From an uncultured Gammaproteobacteria bacterium (lineage in GTDB: Bacteria > Patescibacteriota > Patescibacteriia > UBA1558 > CAZAXS01), in contig CAZAXS010000001.1 of NCBI GenBank assembly GCA_964489205.1, positions 1 to 31,123 of the forward strand: a DNA stretch of 31,123 nucleotides, written 5' to 3'. Below are positions 15,282 to 24,600 of this stretch, one piece after another (the first letter of the stretch is position 1; every line of letters begins with the position of its first letter). Both the position numbers and the translations under genes were made by a program. The notes beneath the pieces were generated by a model. That model ran no database searches, was not told the DNA's origin, and saw only the letters and a program-made list of their open reading frames with translations.

Positions 15282-16160
15282 TTAATTAAATGTACGTTTT
15301 TGGCGTTTTCTCCCCCGTGGAAGTCTAAAATCGCCATTTATATCGGTTGTCATCGGATTAACATATTTAACCTGAAATTTATATAACCTTTTATAGTCCA
15401 AAAATTCATGTTTTGAACTTAAACCGGTTTTATTTATATATTCTATATCAAATAAATATTCATCCGTTGTTAAATTAGTTATAGGAACTAAAGGATTTAT
15501 GCCTAATTCAGATATTTTTTTAAATACTGTATCAGGCGCCTCAAGAATAACATCAAGGAATTCACCGTTTTGTATTTGTTTAGCCAAATCGGCAATATCG
15601 GTGTTTCTTCCCACTGATGTGTATGTTAGTTTTTTATCATACAAACCTTCTAACAAATATTTTTCCTTTGCCGAAAGTTCAGAACGTCTGTATGAAAATA
15701 ATAATATCCGATCGCTTGTAGGTTTAAAACCGAGCGATGGATTCATGACAAATTTTTTTTGAAAAAACAAAAAAAATTCCTTTTTAACTCCAACAAAACG
15801 TTGAAATTTTATGAAGTTACGATTTTTATAACCATCATAGGTAACATCGCAGGCACTTTGATCGTCTGTATTTTCAAAAAGGGAGACCAACGGATAAACA
15901 CCGTTTTCAACCAACCCTTCTAATAATTTAATCGGTAGATTTGCAACCACCTCAGTTGGTTTATAATCATTAATTATTTTAATTAATTGATTTAACTGAA
16001 GATTGTCGTGTTCTACAGTTCTATAGCGTATGTTTTCACCATGCATTTGCTCTAAGACTTTTAATTGCTTAGGCAATGCTCCGTGTCTACAAATCCAAAG
16101 TACCTTTGGTCTGAATACGCTAATATTTACGCACGAAGTTTTAACTTGCGCGTTAATCAT
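15282..16160 (-). CDS. Hypothetical protein with two diverged tandem alpha/beta domains
   Basis: GGAG RBS. The halves align by eye: KVLWICRH..L..Q..vL...hG / RILLFSYRR.L...E..lL..ly, EVVANLP..ll..l.e.GV.PLV / DVILEAP..vf..i.e.GI.PLV, and F..F.R / F.dY.R. Basic C-terminal tail. Confidence 0.7.
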   Translation of the reverse strand: MINAQVKTSCVNISVFRPKVLWICRHGALPKQLKVLEQMHGENIRYRTVEHDNLQLNQLIKIINDYKPTEVVANLPIKLLEGLVENGVYPLVSLFENTDDQSACDVTYDGYKNRNFIKFQRFVGVKKEFFLFFQKKFVMNPSLGFKPTSDRILLFSYRRSELSAKEKYLLEGLYDKKLTYTSVGRNTDIADLAKQIQNGEFLDVILEAPDTVFKKISELGINPLVPITNLTTDEYLFDIEYINKTGLSSKHEFLDYKRLYKFQVKYVNPMTTDINGDFRLPRGRKRQKRTFN

Positions 16161-16314
16161 TTACAACACTCCAAGGTGTTGATTTTGTTAATCATAAGAT
16201 TTCTCCTTGATTTTTTTTGTTAATTGTCAATGTACGCCGATATGCGCCATTGTTTCTGTATTGAACCACACGCCTTGTGTAGCCCAATGTAAAATATCAT
16301 ATTATATAAATAAG

Positions 16315-16346
16315 TAAACCCCTTATCATCATAGATAAGGGGTTTA
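16315..16346. terminator. Intrinsic terminator-like hairpin
   Basis: Perfect 13-bp stem TAAACCCCTTATC/GATAAGGGGTTTA just after the stop of 16353-16547. Confidence 0.65.
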
Positions 16347-16352
16347 AAGATA

Positions 16353-16547
16353 TTAATAAGAAACCGAATTCCTACCTCCCCGATAACAACCATTAGTTGC
16401 GGGGGTTTTTCTTTTCAGCCTAACCTTTTTTGGTTGTGCCTGATAAGTTTTTACTCTTGGAAGAAAAAAACTCTTTCTTGCCTGAGAAGCAAATAATTGA
16501 ATCGAACCGGAACCAAGTGGATAAGGAAGTGAGAATGAAATAATCAT
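16353..16547 (-). CDS. Possible small basic hypothetical protein (64 aa)
   Basis: AGAGG RBS-like site 5 nt before the ATG and a hairpin right after the stop. No family recognised. Confidence 0.35.
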   Translation of the reverse strand: MIISFSLPYPLGSGSIQLFASQARKSFFLPRVKTYQAQPKKVRLKRKTPATNGCYRGGRNSVSY

Positions 16548-16652
16548 TTTAACCTCTTTGGATTTAGTTTGATAATCGTGAATTAAAGAACGGTAACCAA
16601 AGCATAGTACAATTTGTAATTATTAAAATCAAGTGTTTTAATATACCTAATT

Positions 16653-17669
16653 ATGAATTTATCAGCTTTATCGGCGTTACTAGCCGAACAACCAAAATAC
16701 CGCTTAAACCAAATTAATCAAGCACTTTATCGTGATCTAATAGAAGACTGGGATGCAATCACCGAGTTACCAAAAGAACTTAGACAACAACTAAAAGAAA
16801 AATGTCCTTTAAATATCAACGCTGAGCTATTTGAGTCAAGTGATAAAAATACAATCAAAAGTCTAGTCACCCTTAACGACCAACGGCAAATTGAAACAGT
16901 CTTAATGAAACACGCCGGCGGGAGAAATACCGTTTGTGTCTCATGTATGGTTGGCTGTCCTATGGGTTGTACTTTTTGTGCTACCGGGGAAATGAAACTT
17001 GCTAGAAAATTAACTAGTAACGAGATTATAGAACAAGTATTGTTTTGGTCGCGCTATCTAAAAAAAGATAATAAGCGTGTTAGCGGTGTTGTTTTTATGG
17101 GCATGGGCGAACCATTGCTCTATTACGAAACAACTATGGAAGCCGTAAAAACACTGAATGATCAAAAATTATTTAACATTGGTGCGCGTCATATTTCTAT
17201 TTCTACTTGTGGCGTTCTTTCTGGCATCAATAAACTTGCCGACTCTGGACTACCTATTAATTTAGCCATTTCTCTACACGCCTCAAATGACGCTATCAGA
17301 CAAAAACTAATGCCCATTGCCAACAGCCAAACAATAAACGAACTACTATCAACCGTTGACGATTATATTAAAAAAACCAATCGAAAAGTAATGTTCGAAT
17401 ATTTAATGATTGAAAATATTAATGATCTCGAAGAACATGCTTATGAACTTGTTAAACTTCTTCAAGGCAAGCTTTGCTTTGTAAATCTTATCCAATATAA
17501 TCCTACTGGTGTTTACACACCCTCTTCGCAAACTAGAATTAAATATTTTAAAGATATACTCCAAAAAAACGGTGTAAGCACGACGATACGTTTTCGTTTT
17601 GGACAAGACATCGAAGGAGCCTGTGGTCAACTTGCAAACAAACGAATACAAAAAAATGGTTCCGTATAA
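16653..17669 (+). CDS. rlmN: 23S rRNA (adenine2503-C2)-methyltransferase, radical SAM
   Basis: IETVLM, CVSCMVGCPMGCTFCATG (CxxxCxxC), VFMGMGEPL, LAISLHAS, VNLIQYNP, DIEGACGQL. Confidence 0.95.
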   Translation: MNLSALSALLAEQPKYRLNQINQALYRDLIEDWDAITELPKELRQQLKEKCPLNINAELFESSDKNTIKSLVTLNDQRQIETVLMKHAGGRNTVCVSCMVGCPMGCTFCATGEMKLARKLTSNEIIEQVLFWSRYLKKDNKRVSGVVFMGMGEPLLYYETTMEAVKTLNDQKLFNIGARHISISTCGVLSGINKLADSGLPINLAISLHASNDAIRQKLMPIANSQTINELLSTVDDYIKKTNRKVMFEYLMIENINDLEEHAYELVKLLQGKLCFVNLIQYNPTGVYTPSSQTRIKYFKDILQKNGVSTTIRFRFGQDIEGACGQLANKRIQKNGSV

Positions 17670-17685
17670 ATTTCACGGAACCATT
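17655..17685. terminator. Hairpin between the convergent rlmN and SIMPL genes
   Basis: 11-bp stem AATGGTTCCGT/ACGGAACCATT overlapping the rlmN stop. Confidence 0.6.
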
Positions 17686-17707
17686 AGTTGGTGATTATTT
17701 TTGAAAA

Positions 17708-18463
17708 TTACTTTTTAACTTTGTAAACCAAAGTAACATCAACTCTAACCTCGTTCTCACCACTTGCAATTTGAGGTGATTTTACAGAATCGCCATAGCC
17801 ACCCATACCCTCAGCTCTAGCAGAATAATATACACTTGGTTGATCTTCGTAATAATTCTCGTAAACATTAACTAGTTGTTCTAACTCGATACCAGTTAAG
17901 TCAACCATTTGTTTAGCCTTTTCTTTGGCTGCACTAACTGCTTTTTCCCGAGCTTGGGCTTTTAGATTCTCTGGATCATCGATAGTAAATGATATGCCCC
18001 CAATTTGGTTAGCTCCTAACTCTGCACCCGACGCAATCACTTCGCCAATCTTATTTAAATCACGAATTTTAACCTGTAATTCTTGATAAGCTTCATAGCC
18101 GTCAATTTTTGGTGCTTGGTTTGGTGGATAAGAATAAACCGGATTAACATTAAAAGAATTACTCTTTACGTCATTTTCAGCAATTCCTTTTTGCTTTAAC
18201 ATTTCAATAATTTTATTCATTGTTTCTGAATTTTTTGAAACAACTTTTGCCGCATCCGACTCCTTTGGTGTTTTAACCGCCAAAGATATTAAAGCGATAT
18301 CAGGCTTAGCTTTAATTTTACCCGTGCCCATAAAAGACGCCTCTGGGTTATAGGTCATTCTATTTGCATTGACTACCGCGACAACACTAACAGCGATTAA
18401 CCCACACGCTAGCACAAAAGACAAGATCTTGCCCAGCGGATACTTAACTTGAATTTGATCCAT
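17708..18463 (-). CDS. SIMPL domain protein (DUF541, YggE/BP26-like)
   Basis: N-terminal TM helix, then G.GKIKAKPD.A.ISL.V, Y.A...L.VKIRDL.KIG.VI...GANQI.GISF.I, R.KAV.AAK.KA, GE..V...V.LVY. Confidence 0.9.
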   Translation of the reverse strand: MDQIQVKYPLGKILSFVLACGLIAVSVVAVVNANRMTYNPEASFMGTGKIKAKPDIALISLAVKTPKESDAAKVVSKNSETMNKIIEMLKQKGIAENDVKSNSFNVNPVYSYPPNQAPKIDGYEAYQELQVKIRDLNKIGEVIASGAELGANQIGGISFTIDDPENLKAQAREKAVSAAKEKAKQMVDLTGIELEQLVNVYENYYEDQPSVYYSARAEGMGGYGDSVKSPQIASGENEVRVDVTLVYKVKK

Positions 18464-18607
18464 AATTTTTATATTAATTATTAATTAAAGTTGACTTATT
18501 AAAGTCGTTAATTAACTATACGAAAAAACTAAAGAATAGTAACATCATCTAAATTATATCAAAATATTGTTAAAACAATCTATTATAACAATCCTTATAA
18601 AATACAT

Positions 18608-20089
18608 TTATTTATATTTTAATTTATTATTGGTTATCACTCTTTCTTTATTTATATAAGCCTTGTACTCGTCGGTTTGACGCCATTTCTCCCAAATAAT
18701 CGTTGGGTGGACGGTTTTTCCACTAAAAATTATACTTTTATAAATCGCTTCCACCGGATAACCACCATAAACATAGGAATTTACCAAAGTCGGCCAATTT
18801 TTAGCAGAAACTGGAATGGCCCCGCCAAATTTAACAGTTAATTTTGTTTTTAACTCTTTAGCTTTAGTGGCTTCAATTTTTGAGTCTTTTCTAGGTTGGC
18901 CATAAGCAAATATTGTATTAGCTGTTGCTGGAGCAGTATTTTGATTGGAAGCAAGGCTCACATTTAGTCTACCCGAGCCAAGCGGATTAAAACCATTTCT
19001 AACTTCAACGCCATCAATATACCCATCACCATCAGTATCGGGTAAATTTGGATTAGTTCCATATTTTTTTTCATCATCATCACTTAAACCATCACCATCT
19101 CTATCAACTACAAACTTAGTTTCATCCTCGACCACTATTAAATTATGACTCGGAAGAGTTCTAAACCTAAACTCAGGCGTTGTGATTTTTTTCTTAAAGA
19201 CATCCGTCAATTCAACCTTATAAAAATAATCTTTATCCGCCTCTAGGTTACTCAAACCAACAACTACGCTCGCGCTTCTTGGTGATGGCAAATTATAGGT
19301 CCATTTATACTTTCCCGTTTGTTCACCAACAACCACTTTTCCTTGAACCGGCCTTTTTGCCAAAATTCTCAAATTTACTTTAGTTTGATTTTTATCATCT
19401 AAACCAATTTCGGGCGTCATCTCGATCACCTCTAAATCTGATATCTTACCATCATTTTGACTGATAGTAGAAAAACGATAATAAGTTGAATATTGTTCAT
19501 TGCCTTTTTTATCTTTGGCAATTATTTGAAAAATATATTCTGTTCCGGACGTTAGCTTGTCGATAAAAACATCAAATATTTTTTTATTACCACTATCACA
19601 AACTTTTCTTTTTAAATTATCATAAGACAAACCAATAGCAATACAGCCACTCGCCTCTTCGTTTGTTTGCCAAACTATTTGCGCATGATTACCAGTAACA
19701 TAACCGGAACTAACGTTAGTTATTGTTGGCGGATCAGCATCATTCTCATCAGCTGTTTCAATTTGATATATACTCGATTTAGCGCTAACACCGTTAACAT
19801 CAAAAACTTCTAACTGAAAGTAATATTTTTTCTTTGGAATCACACCAGCTATAGTTGTCTCATGAACCTTAGTTAGAGTTTTGTCAGTAATCGACGATTC
19901 AAAACTTTTACTAATACCATATTTTATGGTACCAACCGACTCAACATTAGTCTTCCAATATACAACAAAATAATCGTTACGGATCGCGACCTTAACCATG
20001 GTTATTTGAATTGGCTCGTTTGCTTTAACCAACCAAGGCAACAAACACAACGATATCAAAGCAACAATAATTAATAACTTTTTTAACAT
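18608..20089 (-). CDS. Secreted protein with three fibronectin type III-like domains and a Ca-binding DxDGDG repeat
   Basis: Start moved to ATG 20089 (MLKKLLIIVALISLCLLPWLVKA signal peptide). FN3-like WKTN...YG...H...I.G..P...YYFQ, WQTNE...L.SG..Y.FQ and L.NLE.D..YFY; DRDGDGLSDDDE..GT.P...DTDGDGY.DG.EV. Confidence 0.8.
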   Translation of the reverse strand: MLKKLLIIVALISLCLLPWLVKANEPIQITMVKVAIRNDYFVVYWKTNVESVGTIKYGISKSFESSITDKTLTKVHETTIAGVIPKKKYYFQLEVFDVNGVSAKSSIYQIETADENDADPPTITNVSSGYVTGNHAQIVWQTNEEASGCIAIGLSYDNLKRKVCDSGNKKIFDVFIDKLTSGTEYIFQIIAKDKKGNEQYSTYYRFSTISQNDGKISDLEVIEMTPEIGLDDKNQTKVNLRILAKRPVQGKVVVGEQTGKYKWTYNLPSPRSASVVVGLSNLEADKDYFYKVELTDVFKKKITTPEFRFRTLPSHNLIVVEDETKFVVDRDGDGLSDDDEKKYGTNPNLPDTDGDGYIDGVEVRNGFNPLGSGRLNVSLASNQNTAPATANTIFAYGQPRKDSKIEATKAKELKTKLTVKFGGAIPVSAKNWPTLVNSYVYGGYPVEAIYKSIIFSGKTVHPTIIWEKWRQTDEYKAYINKERVITNNKLKYK

Positions 20090-20156
20090 AAGTATATTAT
20101 ACACCAAAAAATAAAAACCTTGGCTGTTTTTGACAACCAAGGTGAATACGGGAATT

Positions 20157-20651
20157 TTAAAACAACCGACTTTGTTTATAAATTTTCCAAGGCAGCGCCC
20201 TGATAAATATTTCTCTACCCCACCAAAAATAGAAGTTTTTGGTAGAAGATTTTGTTGATTCACTATTGAACCAAATCTCCCCTACCAAAGAATCATCTCC
20301 TCTGTACTCTTCAAGGTTAACTTTAATGTTAGCCTCATAAAAAAGATTACTTAAATCGCGAACACACCGCTTACGATGTGGCGGAGCGGCAATAACATAA
20401 AGCTTGTTTATGTTTTTTTCCCGGCACCATCTCACAACTTGGTAGGAAAAATTGAGAGTTGAATCAGATGAGTCCCTTTCTTCCTCACACACCAACACTC
20501 TCGGTGACGAGAAGTTAAACTTAATCCAACGCTGACAAATTATGTGCTCTATGTTATGAGTAGCACTTAATTCAAGTGCGGATTCGGCTAATCTCAAATT
20601 GGAGTTCAGCCAATTTGGACTGCCGAACGAAAAGACCACTAGACCTGTCAT
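20157..20651 (-). CDS. Hypothetical protein, weakly YdcF/DUF218-like
   Basis: AAGGAG RBS. The pattern E..S.ST......I.KLYVIAAPPH..R resembles the DUF218 ST...V.v....H..R motif. Recognised by eye only. Confidence 0.5.
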   Translation of the reverse strand: MTGLVVFSFGSPNWLNSNLRLAESALELSATHNIEHIICQRWIKFNFSSPRVLVCEEERDSSDSTLNFSYQVVRWCREKNINKLYVIAAPPHRKRCVRDLSNLFYEANIKVNLEEYRGDDSLVGEIWFNSESTKSSTKNFYFWWGREIFIRALPWKIYKQSRLF

Positions 20652-20929
20652 TTATGACTCCTTTTTGATGAACAATATTAAACTCTAATTAACATAATAA
20701 TTGCCTTAAGTCAACTAATATGCCTTTACTTTATTATTAAACTTGCCCAAACTTTATACTTATTAAGTTCTAAGATTATTTATAGATAAACAAAAAAAAC
20801 ATAGTTATCTATGCTCTGTGTTTAATTAATCTGTAATTTATAAATTCTAGTCAAGCGCTCTGGATCATCTAACATGTTGCACGTCCAGTCCCACACCATT
20901 GAATGACCATTTACTTAAAAACTTTAAAG

Positions 20930-21005
20930 TGGTGCGTCCAGTAGGAATCGAACCTACGACCATTTGCTTAAAAGGCAACTGCTCTACCGACTGAGCTATG
21001 GACGC
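20930..21005 (-). tRNA. trnK: tRNA-Lys (TTT)
   Basis: GCGTCCA-TAGCTCAGTCGGTAGAGC-A-GTTGC-CTTTTAA-GCAAA-TGGTC-GTAGG-TTCGATT-CCTAC-TGGACGC-A-CCA. Confidence 0.97.
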
Positions 21006-21055
21006 GAATAGATTAAATTATTGTAAATGTTTGAATGACTAATGATAACCAACTG

Positions 21056-21086
21056 TCCGCCAGAGGCGTGTCAACTTCTAGTTAAA
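21056..21086. repeat. Degenerate copy of the double-hairpin motif in the tRNA-Lys leader
   Basis: TCCGCC-AGA-GGCGTG-T-CAACT-TCT-AGTTAA, colinear with 15120-15149. Confidence 0.7.
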
Positions 21087-21121
21087 GCTATGGAACCGCG
21101 TAAATAGAAACAACGGATAAA

Positions 21122-21150
21122 AATATACAAGATAATAGCAAACAAGTCAA
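21122..21150 (-). promoter_or_regulatory. Putative sigma70 promoter for tRNA-Lys
   Basis: Minus strand reads TTGACT-17 nt-TATATT, the same layout as the tRNA-Asn promoter. Confidence 0.6.
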
Positions 21151-21249
21151 GGTGAAAAAACTGTGTAATAAAGTGTGCAATAAAGGTTAATAAAAAATCA
21201 CTGTTTAGCCTTTTTAAATATCGTTTAAATTGGTAGAATAGCCATAATT

Positions 21250-22644
21250 ATGACTACTAAAAATAATAATCAATTTCGTCTACCACCACAGAACATTGAG
21301 GCCGAAATGTCGGTTTTAGGCGGAATTATGATTGATAAAGACGCGATCATTAAAATTGCCGATAAAATAAGGCCCAACGATTTCTACAAAGATGCGCATG
21401 CAAAAATTTTTGAGGCCATGTTGGAGTTATATGAAAATCGCCAACCAATTGATGGTTTATCCCTAAGTAATCGTTTAACAGAAAAAAAACAACTAGAAAT
21501 GATTGGTGGACAAAGTTACATAGCCAGCTTAACAACTGCCACGCCAACCGCTAGCCATATTTTGAGTTACGCCGATATTATAAAGAAAAAATCTATTCTT
21601 CGTCGCCTACTTGAAGCTTCCTCAACGATTGCCGAATTAAGCTTTCAGGAAGAAAAGGATGCGGAAGATCTAGTTGATGAAGCCGAACAAAAACTTTTTT
21701 CTATTTCTCAAAATGTCTTTGTTAGAAACTTTACTCCTTTAAAAGATATTCTTGGTGAGGCTTTTGACCGTATCGACGAATTACATAAAGAACGAGGAAA
21801 GTTACGTGGCCTTCCAACTGGTTTTCACGATTTAGACAACTTACTCGCCGGCCTACAAAGATCCGATTTAATAATTCTAGCCGCCCGTCCATCTGTTGGT
21901 AAAACCTCGCTCGCCCTTGATATTGCCAGAAACTGCGCCATCAAAACCAAACAACCAGTTGGTATTTTTAGCTTGGAAATGAGTAAAGAACAGCTAGTTG
22001 ATCGTATGCTTTGCGCTGAAGCGGGTGTTGATTTATGGAAGTTAAGAACTGGTAATTTATCACAAAGCGAAAGCGATGATGACTTCCCTAAAATTGGTCA
22101 TGCCATGGGCGTACTTTCTGAAGCGCCAATTTTTATTGACGACACCGCTGGCGCCAATATTGTTGAAATTCGCACTAAAGCACGTCGATTAAAAATGGAA
22201 CACGGCTTAGGTTTAATAGTTATTGATTACCTACAATTAATGGACGGCAAATCAAAAGGTGAAAATCGTGTTTTGGAAGTTGCAGAAATTACTCGTTCTT
22301 TAAAGGCCTTGGCTCGTGAGCTAGATGTCCCAGTGGTTGCACTGTCACAGTTGTCTCGTGCCGTTGAACTTAGTAAACCAGCTATTCCAAAATTAGCCCA
22401 TTTGCGTGAATCCGGTTCTATTGAGCAGGACGCCGACGTAGTTTTGTTTATCTATAGAAAATCAGCCGATAGAAATTATCAACCCGAAGAAATTCCTCCG
22501 GAACAAAGATATATTGGGGAAATTCACGTTGCCAAACATCGTAACGGACCAACCGGTGTGGTAAGACTATTCTTTAATGAACAACGAGCATCATATCAAA
22601 ACCTAGAAAAAAATATTGATGAGCCAGCCTATTTTGGTGAATAA
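21250..22644 (+). CDS. dnaB: Replicative DNA helicase
   Basis: PPQNIEAE, Walker A AARPSVGKT, FSLEMS, IVIDYLQLM, LSQLSR, LRESGSIEQDAD, KHRNGPTG. No intein. Confidence 0.97.
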   Translation: MTTKNNNQFRLPPQNIEAEMSVLGGIMIDKDAIIKIADKIRPNDFYKDAHAKIFEAMLELYENRQPIDGLSLSNRLTEKKQLEMIGGQSYIASLTTATPTASHILSYADIIKKKSILRRLLEASSTIAELSFQEEKDAEDLVDEAEQKLFSISQNVFVRNFTPLKDILGEAFDRIDELHKERGKLRGLPTGFHDLDNLLAGLQRSDLIILAARPSVGKTSLALDIARNCAIKTKQPVGIFSLEMSKEQLVDRMLCAEAGVDLWKLRTGNLSQSESDDDFPKIGHAMGVLSEAPIFIDDTAGANIVEIRTKARRLKMEHGLGLIVIDYLQLMDGKSKGENRVLEVAEITRSLKALARELDVPVVALSQLSRAVELSKPAIPKLAHLRESGSIEQDADVVLFIYRKSADRNYQPEEIPPEQRYIGEIHVAKHRNGPTGVVRLFFNEQRASYQNLEKNIDEPAYFGE

Positions 22645-22714
22645 CCAGACTTTTCAAAACCACTTATAATGTCTATACTATAAATCTTAAACTTAAATAT
22701 ATTATTCTCTTTTT

Positions 22715-23011
22715 ATGTCAATTTTAAGCAAATTAAATCAAATCAAAGATCTAAGAAATCAAGCAAAAACATTGCAAAATCAATTAAAAGAAGAACAAGT
22801 AACTACCTCTGCCAACGGTGTTACTATAACCATGGATGGTAACCAGGATATTCTTTCTATTAACATTGATGAGAGTTTGTTAACGCCTGATAAAAAAAAT
22901 AAACTAGAAAGTGCCATCAAAGACGCTTACGAAGACGCTTTGAAAAAAATTAGAAAAGTTTTAGTTACAAAAATGCAAGCCAGCGGTATTAAACTTCCGG
23001 GCATGGAATAA
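22715..23011 (+). CDS. ybaB: Nucleoid-associated protein, YbaB/EbfC family
   Basis: A..LQ..L......S..GV.ITMDG.Q.I.SI.ID..LL......LE..I..A..DA; directly upstream of recR as usual. Confidence 0.9.
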   Translation: MSILSKLNQIKDLRNQAKTLQNQLKEEQVTTSANGVTITMDGNQDILSINIDESLLTPDKKNKLESAIKDAYEDALKKIRKVLVTKMQASGIKLPGME

Positions 23012-23013
23012 AT

Positions 23014-23607
23014 ATGTTGCCACAAGGCATTCGATCACTAATTGAGTATTTTAAATTACTTCCCGGCGTCGGACCAAAAACTGCTGAACGCTATGCTTTT
23101 TCTTTGTTAAAAATTCCCAATGCTCAATTACAAAATTTTGGCACTGCGATCATAAATTTAAAAAACAGCGTCACCACCTGTCAAATTTGCGGTCTAGTTT
23201 CTGAAAAAAGTCCTTGCAGAATTTGTTCCAACTCTCAACGTGATCAAAAAATAATATGTGTGGTAGCCGACAGCGCCGATGTTACCGCTATGGAAAAAAC
23301 TGAAGAATATAATGGAGTCTACCACATTCTTGATGGTTTAATTGATCATTTAGAAAATATAGGTCCAGAGCAATTAAGAATTAAACAACTATTTGAAAGA
23401 GTAAAAACCGACCAACCAACCGAAGTCATCTTAGCTCTAAATGCAACCATTGAGGGTGAAACTACTAATTTTTATTTATCAAATAACTTGAAACAATTCG
23501 GTATAACGGTAACAAAACTAGCTCGTGGCATTCCTGTTGGCGCTGACATCGAATATACGGACAGCACTACTCTTTCTAGCGCCCTAAAAAATAGAACTAA
23601 CACATAA
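23014..23607 (+). CDS. recR: Recombination mediator RecR
   Basis: HhH LPGVGPKTAER, zinc finger CQICG...C.IC, Toprim ICVV, EVILALNATIEGETT, LARGIPVG.DIEY.D. Confidence 0.97.
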   Translation: MLPQGIRSLIEYFKLLPGVGPKTAERYAFSLLKIPNAQLQNFGTAIINLKNSVTTCQICGLVSEKSPCRICSNSQRDQKIICVVADSADVTAMEKTEEYNGVYHILDGLIDHLENIGPEQLRIKQLFERVKTDQPTEVILALNATIEGETTNFYLSNNLKQFGITVTKLARGIPVGADIEYTDSTTLSSALKNRTNT

Positions 23608-23640
23608 AAAAGACCGTCACCCAATATGAGACGGTCTTAA
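23606..23640. terminator. Terminator hairpin between recR and the convergent gene
   Basis: Stem AAGACCGTC/GACGGTCTT with an A run on the left side. Confidence 0.65.
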
Positions 23641-23643
23641 CAT

Positions 23644-24495
23644 TTATATCAAATCTTTAACATTGATATAGTTTTTATAGTTAATGGAATAAACTTTTAA
23701 AAAATCTTCGGCCGGTAAATTATCAACCACTGTTTCTAAAATCGCCCCTCTAAGAACAAATTTAGAAATTAAAAGCCAATTAATATTGTTCTTGTCCAGC
23801 AATTCTCTCAACTCACGTTGATCACTATCGCTGATTACATAAATTGGCCTGTTATTTGCCAATTCAATAACTCTTTCGACCGTTTCTCTTACTAAAATCC
23901 AGTCGTTATTAAAGAGAGTCTGATAAGCATCAACATAGACTCCCTCCAAATAAACACCTTGGAATTCGCCGGTCGTTTCAGGCTTCCAAGATTTCACCAA
24001 ATTAATAATCTGGTCATCATCGCCAAAAAATCCCAAATTATTCGCCTCAATAAACCAGTCCTGTTTAAACATAGGGTTGCTTAATTTATGGTCCATGCCG
24101 TGAAGCAAACTTCTTATTTTTCTCTCTCTATCAAGAATCTTAGTATAGCGAAAAGAAATTTCACTGCCTTTGGATTGACTTTTTAGTCCTTCATATACAG
24201 ACGGTAAAGACTTTAATTCTAAAATTTTTATCTGACCAACTCTTGACTGTTTTACAAGCCAAGAGTATATTTCAGATTCTTTTTTTAGCGGTCCTGGGTC
24301 AGAAAAAACAACGACAACCTTATCATCGGAAATTAACTTTCCGATTTTTTCTATGCTATTTTCGACCAAGCCTTTGTCTAACAAGACCAGGTCCGGACCA
24401 ACTTGGGCCAGAAAATCAGGTAATACATATTTAATAAATCGTGATATCGATTGTACCAACTGATCACCTCCGTCAGTTATAACTTTTATATCCAT
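23644..24495 (-). CDS. Hypothetical protein; C-terminal half possibly a degenerate HAD-like fold
   Basis: GGAG RBS. VYLEGVYVD (compare xDxDGVLxD), PIYVISD and VVDN lie in HAD motif I/II/IV order, but the catalytic Asp is absent. Confidence 0.6.
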   Translation of the reverse strand: MDIKVITDGGDQLVQSISRFIKYVLPDFLAQVGPDLVLLDKGLVENSIEKIGKLISDDKVVVVFSDPGPLKKESEIYSWLVKQSRVGQIKILELKSLPSVYEGLKSQSKGSEISFRYTKILDRERKIRSLLHGMDHKLSNPMFKQDWFIEANNLGFFGDDDQIINLVKSWKPETTGEFQGVYLEGVYVDAYQTLFNNDWILVRETVERVIELANNRPIYVISDSDQRELRELLDKNNINWLLISKFVLRGAILETVVDNLPAEDFLKVYSINYKNYINVKDLI

Positions 24496-24600
24496 TTTTT
24501 CTCCAACTTTATTATTTAAATGTACATTAATTATGATTTATTACATTTATTAATCTATTTGTCAATAAGTAACTGTCAAATATCATTGACTTTTTACGTC

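Noticed and set aside
15207-15390. Second GIY-YIG start (MPYFVYILKSLKN...) as a functional gene
   Set aside because: Homology stops after about 13 codons at the terminator, and the rest is antisense to the 292-aa gene.
16353-16547. Ribosomal protein L32/L33 assignment for the basic 64-aa ORF
   Set aside because: It lacks the conserved N-terminal and Cys/His patterns; kept only as a low-confidence hypothetical.
20090-20263. 58-aa N-terminal extension of the FN3 protein given by the ORF track
   Set aside because: It overlaps the upstream gene and precedes a clear signal peptide starting at ATG 20089.
20876-20890. Possible degenerate duplicate of the tRNA-Lys 3' end (CGTCCAGT)
   Set aside because: Only 8 nt match, with no CCA or flank homology; compatible with chance.
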